Part shown: positions 25,187 to 37,105 of the stretch, piece by piece
Position numbering within the stretch: position 1 is the stretch's first letter
Layout: every line of letters starts with the position of its first letter
NCBI RefSeq assembly: GCF_006345805.1
Contig: NW_021836134.1
Coordinates: 124,001-188,000 of the forward strand
Source of the DNA: Octopus sinensis
Lineage: Eukaryota
Direction of reading: 5' to 3'
DNA: 64,000 bases
Made by a program: the position numbers and the translations under genes
Notes under the pieces: model-generated
What the model was told of the DNA's origin: nothing
What the model saw: the letters and a program-made list of their open reading frames with translations, nothing else
Databases searched by the model: none

Positions 25187-26198
25187 ATGCTATGGTAACC
25201 ATGATAATAAAGAAAACTTTATTAAGATAAAAACAAAGATAATCATTTTTTTATTCTAGACATTAATACGGATGTTCTTCTTCCATCGGGAAATTCGATC
25301 TAAATATAAATTTGCTGAATACCTCGACACGTGAATTTGATAAAATTAACTATTTTGCAAGTCTCAGAATATTGGGACTCAAACTTATCGAGTCTCAAAG
25401 ATGGATTCATTCCGTGATCTTTAGCAAATCGTACCTAAATTAAATTCACATTAATTTTAACTTGATCTCCAATAGCATAACTATATTTCGAACAATGGAC
25501 ACCCATTCTTCTATTCATACGCTTGTAGTATTTGTCGTCACCACCTATTGAAGTTCTCTGAAAATTAAAGCATTCTACAATATTGTAATTTATGAATTTA
25601 AACCGCTTTGATGAGTGGATTCAGAAATAGTTGAATCGTCAATCAAGCTCGTCACTGAGTCTAAAAGTAAGTCTAAATGTATCACCTTCTGTGATTTCGT
25701 CCATATGTAAGGAATTTATCCCCGAAATTCCTCGATAGCGTTTAAAAGGTGTCTCATTCGAGAACGAATGCATTGTCGTATTGTAGCAGTAAACTGCATA
25801 CTGTAGAATCGACATCCATTCATTATGATTCCCATTTTCTTCAATAAGTTTGGCGATTGATCTTGTTATCGTTTGATTAAAACGTTCCACTATACCCTAA
25901 AAATTAATTGGTAGAATAACCTGAGATCTAGGATTGTTTGGTCTTCCATGAATGTGAAGTATTCTGAACCTTTGACATAAACTTTGAATTTCTGCATTTT
26001 TAAATTCTGTCCCGTTGTCCGACTGTAGAATTTTACATGGCCCATGTACGTAGAAAAGATCCTCCAAATTGTGGCATACTTCATTAGAATTGTGTCTATA
26101 TGAGCTACATGATATTTTATTATGTAACGTATCATGGTTACCATGGCAACACATAAAAGCTTCAGGTCACCCATAGGCTTCAAGTCGCCCATGTGACA
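25187..26198 (-). mobile_element. Ginger-type (rve integrase) DNA transposon remnant with micro-introns
   Basis: GPCKILQSDNGTEFKN..HGRPNNPRSQ[intron 25897-25920]GIVERFNQTI..YNTTMHS..ETPF..GDQ[intron 25435-25461]VRFAKD. Minus-strand terminus TGTCACATGGG at 26198; inverted motif ATGGTAACCATGATA at ~25192-25206 and ~26130-26144. Confidence 0.78.
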
Positions 26199-26604
26199 TA
26201 TATTATTAGCAAATCCACGACAATAAAAATCATAATCCTCTTATCACTTGTGCCTCTGTTAACACCTTTATGCTTTTTTGAGATTGCAATGTTTCGAAAG
26301 CTATTTAGATCGCCTGTATCTTCCAGTAACAATCAACATGCTTTGAGTCATTATTTATGATCAGTGGTAGTGTCGTCTTTAGCCTGTTTTAAAAGGCTCA
26401 GAGCATTGAAAGTATGTTTCCATTATGTCATTAGCGAGAACTGAGGAATCTATCTGTAGTATGTCCCGAAGAGTTCCCATCTGGCTTAGTAATAATTGTC
26501 CCTAAGTGTTCTACTTTAGAAACTGAGTATAATTTTTGGTTTTTGATCTTCTTTCGATAGTGGATTTTTAGTAATTTTTTTTTATCAATTAACACCGAAA
26601 ATTG

Positions 26605-28572
26605 TTAAGTTCCAGCGGCGAGGACGCAGTGTGCGTTGCCCCGAACAATGGCCAGGCCGATGCGCTGGCGGAACCAGAGGCTCTCTCTCGAGTCCTTGAG
26701 CCTCCTCCCGATGGACAGCCCGACCTCTTTGAGGAACGAGTCAGTCTCCTTTCCTGCAACTCCAGCGGTCTCCAGGGCGATTGCCGTAACGCGGTAGCGG
26801 TCCGCGAGCGAAGAATATTTGTGTATTTTGATCTTTTCGGCGTGGTTTGCAGCCGAACAAGGGTTTGCGGCGGAAGAATGGATCCTCGATTTCGAAAAGG
26901 TATCCACAACGGTGACATCCCATACAAGGGCCTTCCCCGACGAGTACGGGAATATTGTCATCCCGTCAGGCCTTTTGCCATCTCCCCGATCGAGTCCGAC
27001 CGGTTCGAGGAGGCACGAATGGCCCGCCATTTCGAGACCGGCCTTCACGATTTCATTGAGGGCCTTGTGTCTGTGTTCCCTGCCTGCGCTCCTCTTGCAG
27101 GAAAGTGGGTGCAGTCCCTTTTCGTCAACGTCCTCACCGCATCTGCAGCGGTGCTTTGCACAAACATCCAGGCCGAGATGGTGAGCCACTCCGATGCGTA
27201 TGGCAGCATCGTCTAGCCACGTCCCGATGATGGAGAGAGGAAGAGCATTCAGCCAGCTGCCAGAGTGAGGGGCGGATGCCGCACGAAGGCATGCCAGGCG
27301 GTGTTGATCAAGGGTTGCCGAGAGCTCAGACACACGCGCTCGGCATGCAATAGAGTCCCAGGAACGTTGGGAGGAGAAATCTTCGTGCCTCTCAGAAAAG
27401 GAGCGATCCCAGGTAGTGAGCCCATCCGAAAAAGCACCATCCAGGCAAGATCCGAAAGATTTGAGTAGGATCTCAGAGGCCAGGTTGTTGCACATCGAAA
27501 GGGAGGATAGATATGCCGGAAGTGCCACATCGGATGCAGTGCGGATTCCCGCACCTCCGAATCTCAATGGGAGCGAGCATTGGGCCCATCCAGGACCATC
27601 GAGGTGTACATTGAGGACGGATTCGGCAGTCTTTTTCAGGATTACGTCGTATGCGGCGAGTAGGTCCATATGCAGGAAGCAGGGATTGCTCCTGAGGGTG
27701 AAAATGAGTTTCGGCATGTGAATGCTGTTCTTCAAGAGGAAAAAGGCAGTGTGCGAGTCCAAGATAGAAAGATTTGTTGAAAGTCTTTGGAAGTGTTCGG
27801 CTTTGGCGGAAAGCATGCATTGGAGCTTCGTGTAGGACAGGGATCCACCGAGAAAGGTGACATCATCGATTGGGGTAACGTTCGCATAAGGCAGGGTTGC
27901 TCTGAGGCGGGCCACAGCGGATCGAAAGTCGGCCTCCGAACACGAGACATTAATGATCTCGGTCTTCTTCGCGTTGACCGAGAGGCCGAGGGTAGCCAGT
28001 GCTGGTACGATGTGTTCTACATCCCGAATAACGTGGTCAGCATGGCCACCCAATGTGGCATCATCAAGATATTACAGATTGAATTGAGAGACAGCAAGTC
28101 GAGCTGCCTCATCGATTGTCAACGCGAAGAAAAGTGGCCCTAGCGGATCACCCTGTTGCACGCCGGTCTTCGAACGGATGATCTCATTCCCGTATACAAG
28201 ACTGCTTTCCGAGCCGTAGGCAAGCGAGACAAGATTGATTATTTCTGGTACTCTTCGAGCGCATGTTTCCAAAATAGCATCCCGGCGCACGCTGTTGAAA
28301 GCGTTGGTGATATCAAGCTTCACAGCAATAAAATCGGTAGTAACTCGTTGGCCCATGTAGAAGAACCCCCTGGTGGCGTGAACGGCTCCTTCGCAGCCGC
28401 CACGCACACCAACACCGACTTACATAGGCGAAAGCTCGGCCCCGATTCTCGTTGCAACGCTTCTGGCAGCGACTTTGCCGCAGAGCCTTCTGAAGTAATT
28501 GCCAACCGCTATTGGGCGGACACCTCCGTCCAGTTTTTGAAAAGCGTGAAGGTGGGCAGCGAAAAAGAGATG
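26605..28572 (-). pseudogene. CRE-clade retrotransposon RT + zinc finger + RLE, 5'-truncated, two in-frame stops
   Basis: One frame: KLDGGVRPIAVGN..SPM*VGV (stop 28420) ..KLDITNAFNSV..GVQQGDPLGP..NL*YLDD (stop 28072) ..CRCGEDVD..HPLSC..RH..KRPDGMTIFP..WDVTVVDT..RIGLAIVRGN. Confidence 0.93.
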
Positions 28573-28707
28573 ACTTGTTTCTTGTGAAAAACAGATTTTT
28601 AACACATTTCTGATTCAGTTCCCATGTTCCCGAGTTATACAGGATGAAACCATTATACAGACGTACTTTTCTATTATTTGAAGTTTTGACGTCCTCCTAT
28701 TGCAAAA

Positions 28708-29600
28708 ATGTCTAATGTAAATCCTGGAGAGTTCGTACTTCTGACGTTCAATGTCAGAAGAATTTCCTCTTCACTACAGAGAACAAAATTGACTGAGGAC
28801 CTAATCCATCATAGATTTTTAGCAGCTTGTTCTCAAGAAACTAAATTTAGCAAGGATTTCGATTATAGAATTATTTTACTAAAACCGGAATGTAGACACT
28901 ATGAAGATGGATTTGCAATCAATATGCGCTATGCCAACTCAATTCAAAAATCCTGGAGAATCAATGATTAGTCTTAAAACTGATGCCGGGGAAAACGCTT
29001 CTTACAATCATTAAAATATATGCACCAACAATGGGCATAGGAATCAATTGTCCTGAAGAAGTAAAAAATGTTTACTGAAATCTCGCCATGGCTATAAGCG
29101 ACATACTTCCTTCTCTTATTTTCCTTGCCAGCGATTAGAATACAAATGTGGGAACACGTCTTAAGGATGAAAGTTTTGTTGGAGCTCATAATAAATGAAC
29201 AAGAAACTCAAGTGGCGCAGCATTGGCAGACTTCTGCAGTGCATTTAATCTTTATTGATTCAACACGGCATTTAAACATCTGGCAAGACATATAGCCACG
29301 TGGGTGGGACAAAGAAAGAAGAGTGATGAGATTGTATCTATTTACAATCAAATTGATTACATCATATGTGGACGTAATCTTAAATGCATGCTGATGGGCT
29401 CACGATCTTATGGAGGCACATTTCTATCGAGTGACCGTAAAGCTGTGTCTCTCGGTTTGAACTTCAATTAAGACAGAATGTAATTAAAAGAAAAAACAAG
29501 AAACAATTCTGTGAAAGACTGGCCTGTAAAACTTACATGCAAAAAATGCTACGCGCAATAAATTCTGTAAGCAAGTCGCCTAATATCAACCTGATGTTAG
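28708..29600 (+). pseudogene. RTE-like non-LTR retrotransposon AP-endonuclease remnant
   Basis: TFNVR..QETK, YAPT, TWVG..YNQIDYII..RSYGG..SSDRK motifs with stops and frameshifts. Confidence 0.78.
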
Positions 29601-29862
29601 CTGGATTTTAATCTCATACAGAATTAAAAACATTGCAAGGTCGTTGATAATATTTCAAGAAAGCCAAAAACGGCGTGTTTAAATGACAAATTTGAAATTT
29701 TATCAAGAACACAGAAAAATCTTAGACGTCAATAAAATGTCTTTACGGACAAAGTATATTAATTTATAAAACAAATAAACCAACAAAAAAATGAGAGAAA
29801 AGCAGCGACCATAATAATCGAGAACAAAATAAAAACACAAAGTTGAAAAAATAAGAAAGAAA

Positions 29863-30524
29863 TCAAAACTTATCAGCGGCCGAATCGCGAACAAACTTGA
29901 AAGGGGAAGGCCAAATATCATTTTTAATGGCCATGGACACATCCTGGGAATTACAACCACGCATTTCAGTGAACAAATCAAAAAATGACTTCTCAGTCTG
30001 GAATTGTTTCCAACTGACATCAATTGACGTGGATATCAACTGGTTGTTGGCTCCGAAAGAGAATATCCGGACCAGTTTAGTGTCAAAAAAATAATCATTG
30101 GGACTGAACTCCTGTCCGTCAAAAAGTAGGAAAACCATAGAAATAGAGAAGGAGAATCCATCGTCGGACACCTCATCCACATCGAGGTCGACCAGACTCC
30201 TCAAAATGAGCATGTCCCTGCGGGTGATGTATTCTGAGATCACTGGATGCCCTGTCAACTGACATAAGGAATGTCAAGCACGGCGTGGAGCCAAATATTC
30301 GGTTGATTTCTTAAAAGAACTGCCCGCTTGAGGTAGACAGGTCTCCGCAGAGCGGCGTACTCCATTTCAATGTTGATGACTTCGTCGGCAGCTGCGGAGT
30401 TGAGATCTTCTATCTGCTTGTGGAGTAGGTCAAGTTCTTTTACACATTTAGCTATGTCGATATCTTTATTTGTGTTATTAATGCTACAACCATTGTAATT
30501 CACTTTCGTAGTTTTCGAGAGCAT
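29863..30524 (-). CDS. SET/TAF-I-like nucleosome assembly protein (NAP family), 2 micro-introns
   Basis: LDLLHKQIEDLNSAAADEVINIEMEYAALRRPVYLKRAVLLRNQPNIWLHA[30259-30281]LTGHPVISEYI..LRSLVDLDV..[30112-30135]EFSPNDYF..SFFDLF..IKNDIWPSPFKF. Confidence 0.88.
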
Positions 30525-30620
30525 CACAACAAATCACTCAAAAGGACGCGCAATTTAAATGAAAATTAATGTTTCTTTTACTTGTTTATTTAATTGAATT
30601 TTATTTAGAACAATTAATAT

Positions 30621-31078
30621 TTAATAGCTGTATGTAGCCATGACGGAAGCATAGGAAAAAAGCGTGTCCTCAAGTAAGCAAATCACTACCAACCGAGTTA
30701 AAGTGACCCTGAGCAACCCCGTCAGTGTCGTCATCCCAAAGACACCGTCCACTCATCCTAAGGACGTGACTTTGTTGTCTAACTTAATTCCCGTGCCTCT
30801 GTTCTCCCCCAACACAACCTGGACCACCAATTTGTAGTTTTTGTAATCGAGATCTATTTTGAAGAAAAGAATCAACTTTTTACTGCGTTTTTTATCGAGT
30901 TGGTCAATTCTCTGCAGATATCTGGAGCCTCTTCGGGGTCGTAGGTCTTGCCAGTCAGTCCCTCCTTCAGATGCGAGTGGATGAGGGACTCCACTTGTCC
31001 CACCTTGAATCTATTCGTCACTCAGAGACGACACCGAGTTGAAGGGTCAGGCCTTATTTTGCTTGTGGCGTCCATCAT
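30621..31078 (-). CDS. Tctex1-domain dynein light chain (TCTEX1D2/DYNLT2B-like), 4 micro-introns
   Basis: Spliced at 31011-31034, 30854-30876, 30758-30783 and 30669-30693: MMDATSKIRPDPSTRFKVGQVESLIHSHLKEGLTGKTYDPEE..YKNYKLVVQVVLGENRGTGIKMSGRCLWDDDTDGVAQGHFNSDTLFSYASVMATYSY*. Absent from the ORF track. Confidence 0.88.
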
Positions 31079-31149
31079 GCCTCTATGTTTCCTGGCAACA
31101 ATTTATTAATCAAATATTAATAATTATTCACAAACAAAGATCTAAAAAA

Positions 31150-32020
31150 TCAAAATGATGAAAGACATCGATGACTATTTTGACTATTTTCTCAACAGAA
31201 ACTCAGAAAAGTCTCCAACTAATTTGGTCTATTTGAAAGATATTAAATGTATGGATAGTTGTAGTGGATAGTTTGAGAAAGCAATTTCATTGTTTAAAGC
31301 CGAACTTACTTCATGCTTTGAACGAGTGCGCGATTTCACTGCTAAACTATTACATTAGTCTGATCCAATTCAAGCCGAGTGAGTACGATGAAATTGACTT
31401 ATTGGGCGAAGAGTACTCCAAGAGAATTACGTCGACATGTTGGCAAACAGTAAGGATAGATTATACTTGTCTTGCGGGCAGTTAGGACATGAGCTGAGTA
31501 ACATCGTCACTTAAATAAGCGAATTCCTAGTAAGATGCACGACATCTTGTGGAGTGGATCAAGTCTATCTCAAAGGAAGACTGCCATCATTGCTGTTGAG
31601 AGAGCGTGTGGTACACACTTTAGGGCCATGAGTATAATTTGAATGCTACCCAAGTCAATGTGAAGGAATGGATTAAATTTTAACAAGAATCCCTTATTAA
31701 AATAATCAATTTAAAAGTCTTTCACAAAACTCTTTAGCCCGCATATTGACATGGGGCATAACGAGGTCGTGAGGTTCTTCCATCTTTTACTTTGCAATAA
31801 CTTGAGGCAGTCCAGAAACTTGCAAAGACGCTGAGTTTAATTGGTGTGTAAAAACTCGTGACCGTGGGTTAAGGTGGATACCTCAATTCGCACTTCGATT
31901 GTTGTCCAGCACAGAAAAATTTGATATTTTAATCCACGATAAAGTCATCAAAGAGATTATGATTGTGAATATAGGTATCACGTTCCTAGATCGTTTGGAG
32001 ACAATGGAAGTGTGTCACCT
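31150..32020 (+). pseudogene. Degenerate R4/Dong-type retrotransposon fragments
   Basis: NLLHALNECAISLLNYYISLIQFKPSEYDEIDL, RHNEVVR, and DILIHDKVIKEIMIVNIGIT, all homologous to 22178-25039. Confidence 0.75.
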
Positions 32021-32189
32021 ACTCTCTGGCCTAAGTTTCTGGGTGATTTTTTCATATGTTGCTGTGCCGAGTACAAATAGAGAGAAATCTCGTTTATTGT
32101 CTCTGGAGCATTACGATTACGCAAAATATGGCACGATTGATGTAACTCATACCGTTATTAAGAAAATTTCGTGAATATTTTTACTGGGA

Positions 32190-32385
32190 AAATAAAGGAT
32201 CCTCAAATCGATTGTTTAGCATTAAATTCATAGACAAAAATTTTACTTATTGTTAACCGACGCGGCAAAGTATATGATTTCAGCCAAAAAACATTTAAAA
32301 ATTTGTATCTTGATTTGTTGCACGGAACATGTATTACACATTTGATTCACAATTGTGCATTAAGGATAAAACTAATTTATTATTT
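32190..32385 (+). pseudogene. hAT-like transposase fragment
   Basis: LLLLTDAAKYMI..LLHGTCITHLIHNCA (D-containing strand plus CxxH motif). Confidence 0.6.
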
Positions 32386-32389
32386 AGTT

Positions 32390-32900
32390 CAGTGTTTCTT
32401 AACCTTCTTGACCGGGGACCACTTTAGTCTGTTGAATTTTTTTGGGGACCACCAGTAACAAAATAATTTAATGAAAAAGCTAACAAAATTAAAAAATCAT
32501 AGTATTTAGAGTTAGTGTGATTTTTGATCCTGCTTTTTAGAAACTAGCTATTCAATTTTTAGTATAATGTTGGTAAGTGCCATTCTCATATCGTCTTTCA
32601 TCTTAAGTCGGTCACAAACTTTACTTTTCAGAATAACAAGATATTGCCATTTCACATAAATAAGTGGTTGAAAAGGGAATTATCACTTCCAGTTCTCTGC
32701 AGTAAAACTTTCGACAGTGTCAAGATTTTGTGGGTGATTTGTTTCCTTATGTCTTTTTAATCGTGACGGCTTCAAAGAGTTGTTTCGAACTATGACGCCG
32801 CATATCATGAACTGCGCTTTATAAACGTTTTCAGATCCAGTATATTTGGTAAATCCATACTGAACATAAGTATTCAAATGAATAAATATTTTTTTGAGTC
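32390..32900 (-). mobile_element. Internally deleted Buster/Charlie-type hAT element
   Basis: Terminus CAGTGTTTCTTAACCT at 32390. YVQYGFT..CGVIVRNNSLKPSRLKRHKETNHP is fused to the C-terminal PFSTTYLCE..DDMRMALT..QKSH. Confidence 0.78.
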
Positions 32901-32934
32901 ATAAAAATTAATTGGTGGTTGCCCTAATGATAAC

Positions 32935-33339
32935 TAATGAGATACTTGCGCTTGTTTATGTGTATATAAAATTTTCAGACGGGACGAATCTGCGACAAGC
33001 ATACCCACAGGTCATCTTCAATTGACAACAACCTGTTTCTGTTGTTTGATTCAATGTCGACGAGACAAGAGAAAGCTTGTTCACATTTATATGATGTTGA
33101 GAACTTAAACAATATTTTATTTTTTAAATTGGAGAATAAGAATCCTATATGGAAATCCAGAACATTTACGGAGACAATTCAGCAGATTTCATTTTGAATG
33201 TGCGGTCATACCGAAGTTAGCAAAACTCCTCTGTTAGAGCAAGTTGATAGTCACACGTGTTAAATAATAATTTTAGATTTTAAATACACTTTTAAACTTT
33301 TACCGCGGGCCAGCTCTGGCCGTATGTTTGACACCCCCG
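32935..33339 (-). mobile_element. Second hAT (Buster-like) remnant
   Basis: FSTSYKCEQAFS..RNRLLSIEDDLWVCLSQIRP dimerisation motif; hAT-like terminus ..GGCCGTATGTTTGACACCCCCG ending 33339. Confidence 0.65.
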
Positions 33340-34659
33340 TTCTAGAGGCCGAGTTTTTGTCCCTCAGTGATCTGCAGAGTGTAGCGATCTGATCTAACGA
33401 CCAAGCAGGCGAACTCATCAAGGAGGGGATGTTAATAATGCTCCACTATGACGCATTTACCAAGTCACATGACAGTAAACACCCCGGAAAATGGGGGAAA
33501 TTTCTTAATAATAAATACAAGGAGTTTGATGCTCACGAATTAGAGCAGATGGTTGTTCTCCTGTCATTGTTCAGGCCAGGGTGTTGTCGAGGAAGGAGGT
33601 AGGGTGTAGCTGAGGCATTTGGGTGTGACAATGGGGGACAAAAAGTCATTCAGTGTGGAAGGTTTGAAAATAAACTGAACATTCTTTTTGCTGAATATCA
33701 GGTTGGGTGCGTCTATTTTACTACAGTCTCAATGGCCATGGATGTCCGTAGACAGTCGTCTCGTTCTCAAGACATTAGTCCAGTCTTTATCAACCGAAGG
33801 GGACCCTCCGCTATATTCCTCCAATAATTCAGCAAATTTAATCTCTGAATGGGTTATATTCACTATTTGGTTTATTTATTTCTCAATCCGTGAAAGAAAA
33901 GACATTCAAAGAGGTGGGTGGGAACTTATGATGTGCGAGTACATTGGACAATAGAATATGAAGCTATAACATGGCATAAAATTCTTAAAGAAGATTGATA
34001 AAAATAGAAAGATTAACCGAAAAAAATTCCATTTGAATATGGTGAATTTAAATTTCTTTTGTACCAAGCACACAAACTGAGAGTTAAAAAATATGCCAAA
34101 GAGTGTAGGAAATCAACTTTCAAATACAGAGGAATTTTTTCAAAAATTCTAAGGGCAGAATTCTGTCATATATTTAAGTCGTCTCGTTCTCAAAGCGTCG
34201 TTAATGGCATATTAAATCAGTTATACGACTGCCATTCTATATTAAGGAGCATTATCATGGGGGTCAACATTCTCATAAAATAGATGCCAATATGCATGTC
34301 CTATAACATTGATCGATCTTTAATCATTAAGTTATCTGAATTCAATTTCTCTCTATTTTTTTTTGAAACCTGATCGCATAAAATTCATTCCACATGCTCA
34401 CACAAACTGCAATTATGAAATGTTCCATCAATACTTGTCAAATTTGGAAATTATCACAACCCTAGTAGGGGCACTTTACTAATTTATTTTAATTTATTAA
34501 AAAACCAAATTTAACTAAAGGCTAGTCTATTTAATTAAGATTTTCCTTATTTTTGAAAATCTCTTCCCTCCTTTTAAGAGGAGTGTCCAATTAACAATAT
34601 CCGCTCAATAAACATCTCGATGTGTTCAATTAACATACTTTAGAGTGTTCTTTTCACTA

Positions 34660-35020
34660 AAACAGATTGGATGCAACTTCGGCACACTCTAACCTCTAAT
34701 GGCATTCGAGGTTCAGCAGCAAAACAGTTTATGCCAGAACATCAAGCAAAACAAACTCTCTCGAAATTACAGCATGCAGATGGAGGCTATTCGGACACAT
34801 CTTAAGGATGATCTGGAGCCACCGGCAGGCACCGCTATGGAAAACTATTTCGTACGTGACGGCCCCCGTTTCCGTGGATGCCCGAGAAATACTCTCACAG
34901 TGACACTGGACATACCTTTGGGATGTGGGGGAAATTTTAAAGAACGGAGACGATCTTGACGCATTAAGGGACGTCGCCCAAGATAGAGGGAAATGAACCA
35001 AACTAATAACTTTTATTGTT
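34660..35020 (+). pseudogene. RTE-like retrotransposon 3' end fragment
   Basis: RWRLFGHILR..PAGTAMENYF..FRGCPRNTL..LRDVAQDRGK; typical RTE C-terminus. Confidence 0.65.
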
Positions 35021-35109
35021 TCTTGTGTTGAAAAAGCTCTGCTATGATCAATGGCATCGCGAAGTGCATAAAGAAAAGGCGATAAAAATGCACAGAGCAC
35101 AAAACAGTA

Positions 35110-37105
35110 CAGTGCTGGTAGAAAAAAACCGGTTTTGCAGTTACTAACTTTTTTTGGCGGATAGCATTTATTTTTTTAACTGAATTGAACTCTTTGTAGT
35201 TGATTAGTTTTATAATTTTTTTATTTATAAAAAATTCCATTAATCGTTTAAAATTCTGAAAATTTAAATTTTAGTGTGTGAATAAAAAACCTGTTTGCAT
35301 TATTGAGTGATATTTTAGTAGTTGAATTTTTAGTTTTATAAGCAAATGTTAAATAAAATAATTAAAGGGAAGATTCTTGCTCTTTATGAGTTAAATTTGA
35401 CGATAAAAGATATCGCAGATCAGCTAAATACTCCAAAATCGACAATCGGAGATTTTCTTCGAAAATTCAAAAAATATGGAACTATTGATAGGATTCCTGG
35501 TTCTGGAAGTCCTAAAAAGCTTCAAAAAACAGATGTTGAAATTTTAGTGCATCTTGTTGAGTGCGATCCAAAAAAATCCTCTAACACGTTGAGGAATGAA
35601 ATAAACCATTTAACTGGTAAGAGTGTCTGTAGAAAGACAATTGGAACTTTTTTTGTGACATGGTTTGCGTGACACCTATGGGCCGCGTGATACCTGACGT
35701 TACCTTGAAGCTTAACTTAATGTCAATATTGTAATTTTTTTTTCACAATTAAACTTATTCGACAATCCCTTGTGAGCGGGGATTGTTTGGCCTTCCGTGA
35801 ATTCGTTTGATATTGAATTCCTCCATGCGAGAAGTCATGCAAACTTTTAGCAACGATCTCCATTTCGGGTTCATAAGATGTTCAGGAAATTTATCCTGTA
35901 AAGCATCTTTTAAAATTTGATATTCCAAACTATTCTTTACATAACCTTTGTACGAGGACATTGCTGCAAAATATACTTGCACGCTAGAAATAACTCAAGA
36001 AATTTAGGTTTTCCACCAAAAAATTAATTTCTGATAATTAAATTCCTACAAATATAATTTTTTGTCAAAATGAGAGAGTCTTTAGCTAATTTAGTAATTA
36101 TTAAATGATAAGAATGAGTCGCGATCTAATTAAAAGATTTATAATTTAATCTCCTTGGATATAGTACGTGGAAACTGTGTTTCCATTTACGAGGCCGGGA
36201 ATTTAGTTAGTTAATAACTATTTGTCAATTAAAATCTGTAAATTATTAAATTGATTTAAAAAAAATTTAATCCCATCAATGTCATAATTGCACATTTCAA
36301 GGTCACGTCAGGTATCACGCGGCCTATAGGTATCGCGCAGCCCATGTCACATATTTAAATTCCAATTTTCTCTTCGAAAGAGTATGTCAACGTAAACCGT
36401 TGCTTTCAAAGAAAAACATAATAAAAAGATATGAATTGTCAAAAATTTTTATTCGGATGAACAATGACGCATGGAAAACTATTATTTTCTTTGATGAAGC
36501 ATCTTTTCAGATTTTTCCTACTAAAAAAAGGCAACAAAGTTATCGAAAAAAAAGTTCACGTTATGAATTGAGCCATATTACGCCGACAGTAAAATTTGGT
36601 GGAGGCAGTGTTATGGTTTGGGGCTGTATCTCCTATCAAGGAGTGGGAAATTTAGTTTTTGTTAATGGAACCCTCAATTCCGCTAAATATATAAATGTTA
36701 TAGCGAATAATTTGTTCGTTTCGGCACGAAAAATGGGACTAAATCAGTTCACTTTCCAACAAGATTTGGCTCCCTGTCATCAACCTGCATTGACAACCAA
36801 GTTTTTTGAAGAAAATAAAGTTCCAATTCTTGATTGGGCTCCGCAATCTCCAGACATGAACCCAATGGAACATGTTTGGAGCATGATGAAGCAGAAGTAT
36901 TCTTTAGATCCTGCAAAAAATAAACTGGATCTGGAAGTCAAATTAACAAAAATTTGGAACGAATTGCCGTCTGAAAATATTCAGAAGTTAATTGATAGTA
37001 TGCCTAAAAGGTCATACGAGCTATTTATTAATCGAGGATACCACACAACATATTAACTTTTGATTTTGTTAACTCTTTTTGTTAAAACCGGTTTTTTATC
37101 CACAT
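35110..37105 (+). mobile_element. Tc1 (DD34E-type) transposon; transposase 35346-37056 interrupted by a Ginger-type insertion
   Basis: TA+CAGTGCTGGTAGAAAAAAACCGGTTTT at 35108-35136, related inverted motif AAAACCGGTTTTTTATCCACA at ~37084-37104. HTH N-terminus, IIFFDEASF, VMVWGCISYQG, QQDLAPCH, WAPQSPDMNPMEHVW. Confidence 0.92.
35654..36351 (-). mobile_element. Non-autonomous Ginger-type element (TGT...ACA TIRs) nested in Tc1
   Basis: ~55-bp imperfect TIRs: TGTGACATGGTTTGCGTGACACCTATGGGCCGCGTGATACCTGACG and CGTCAGGTATCACGCGGCCTATAGG..CCATGTCACA. Internal RIHGRPNNPRSQGIVE. Removing it plus a 5-bp duplication (TTTTT/TATTT) restores the Tc1 frame (IGTYLNSNF..RKPLL). Confidence 0.87.

Noticed and set aside
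28072-28422. Stop-codon reassignment (TAA read as an amino acid)
   Set aside because: TMEM223, the Tctex gene and the innexin terminate at TAA, and the two TAAs replace different residues.
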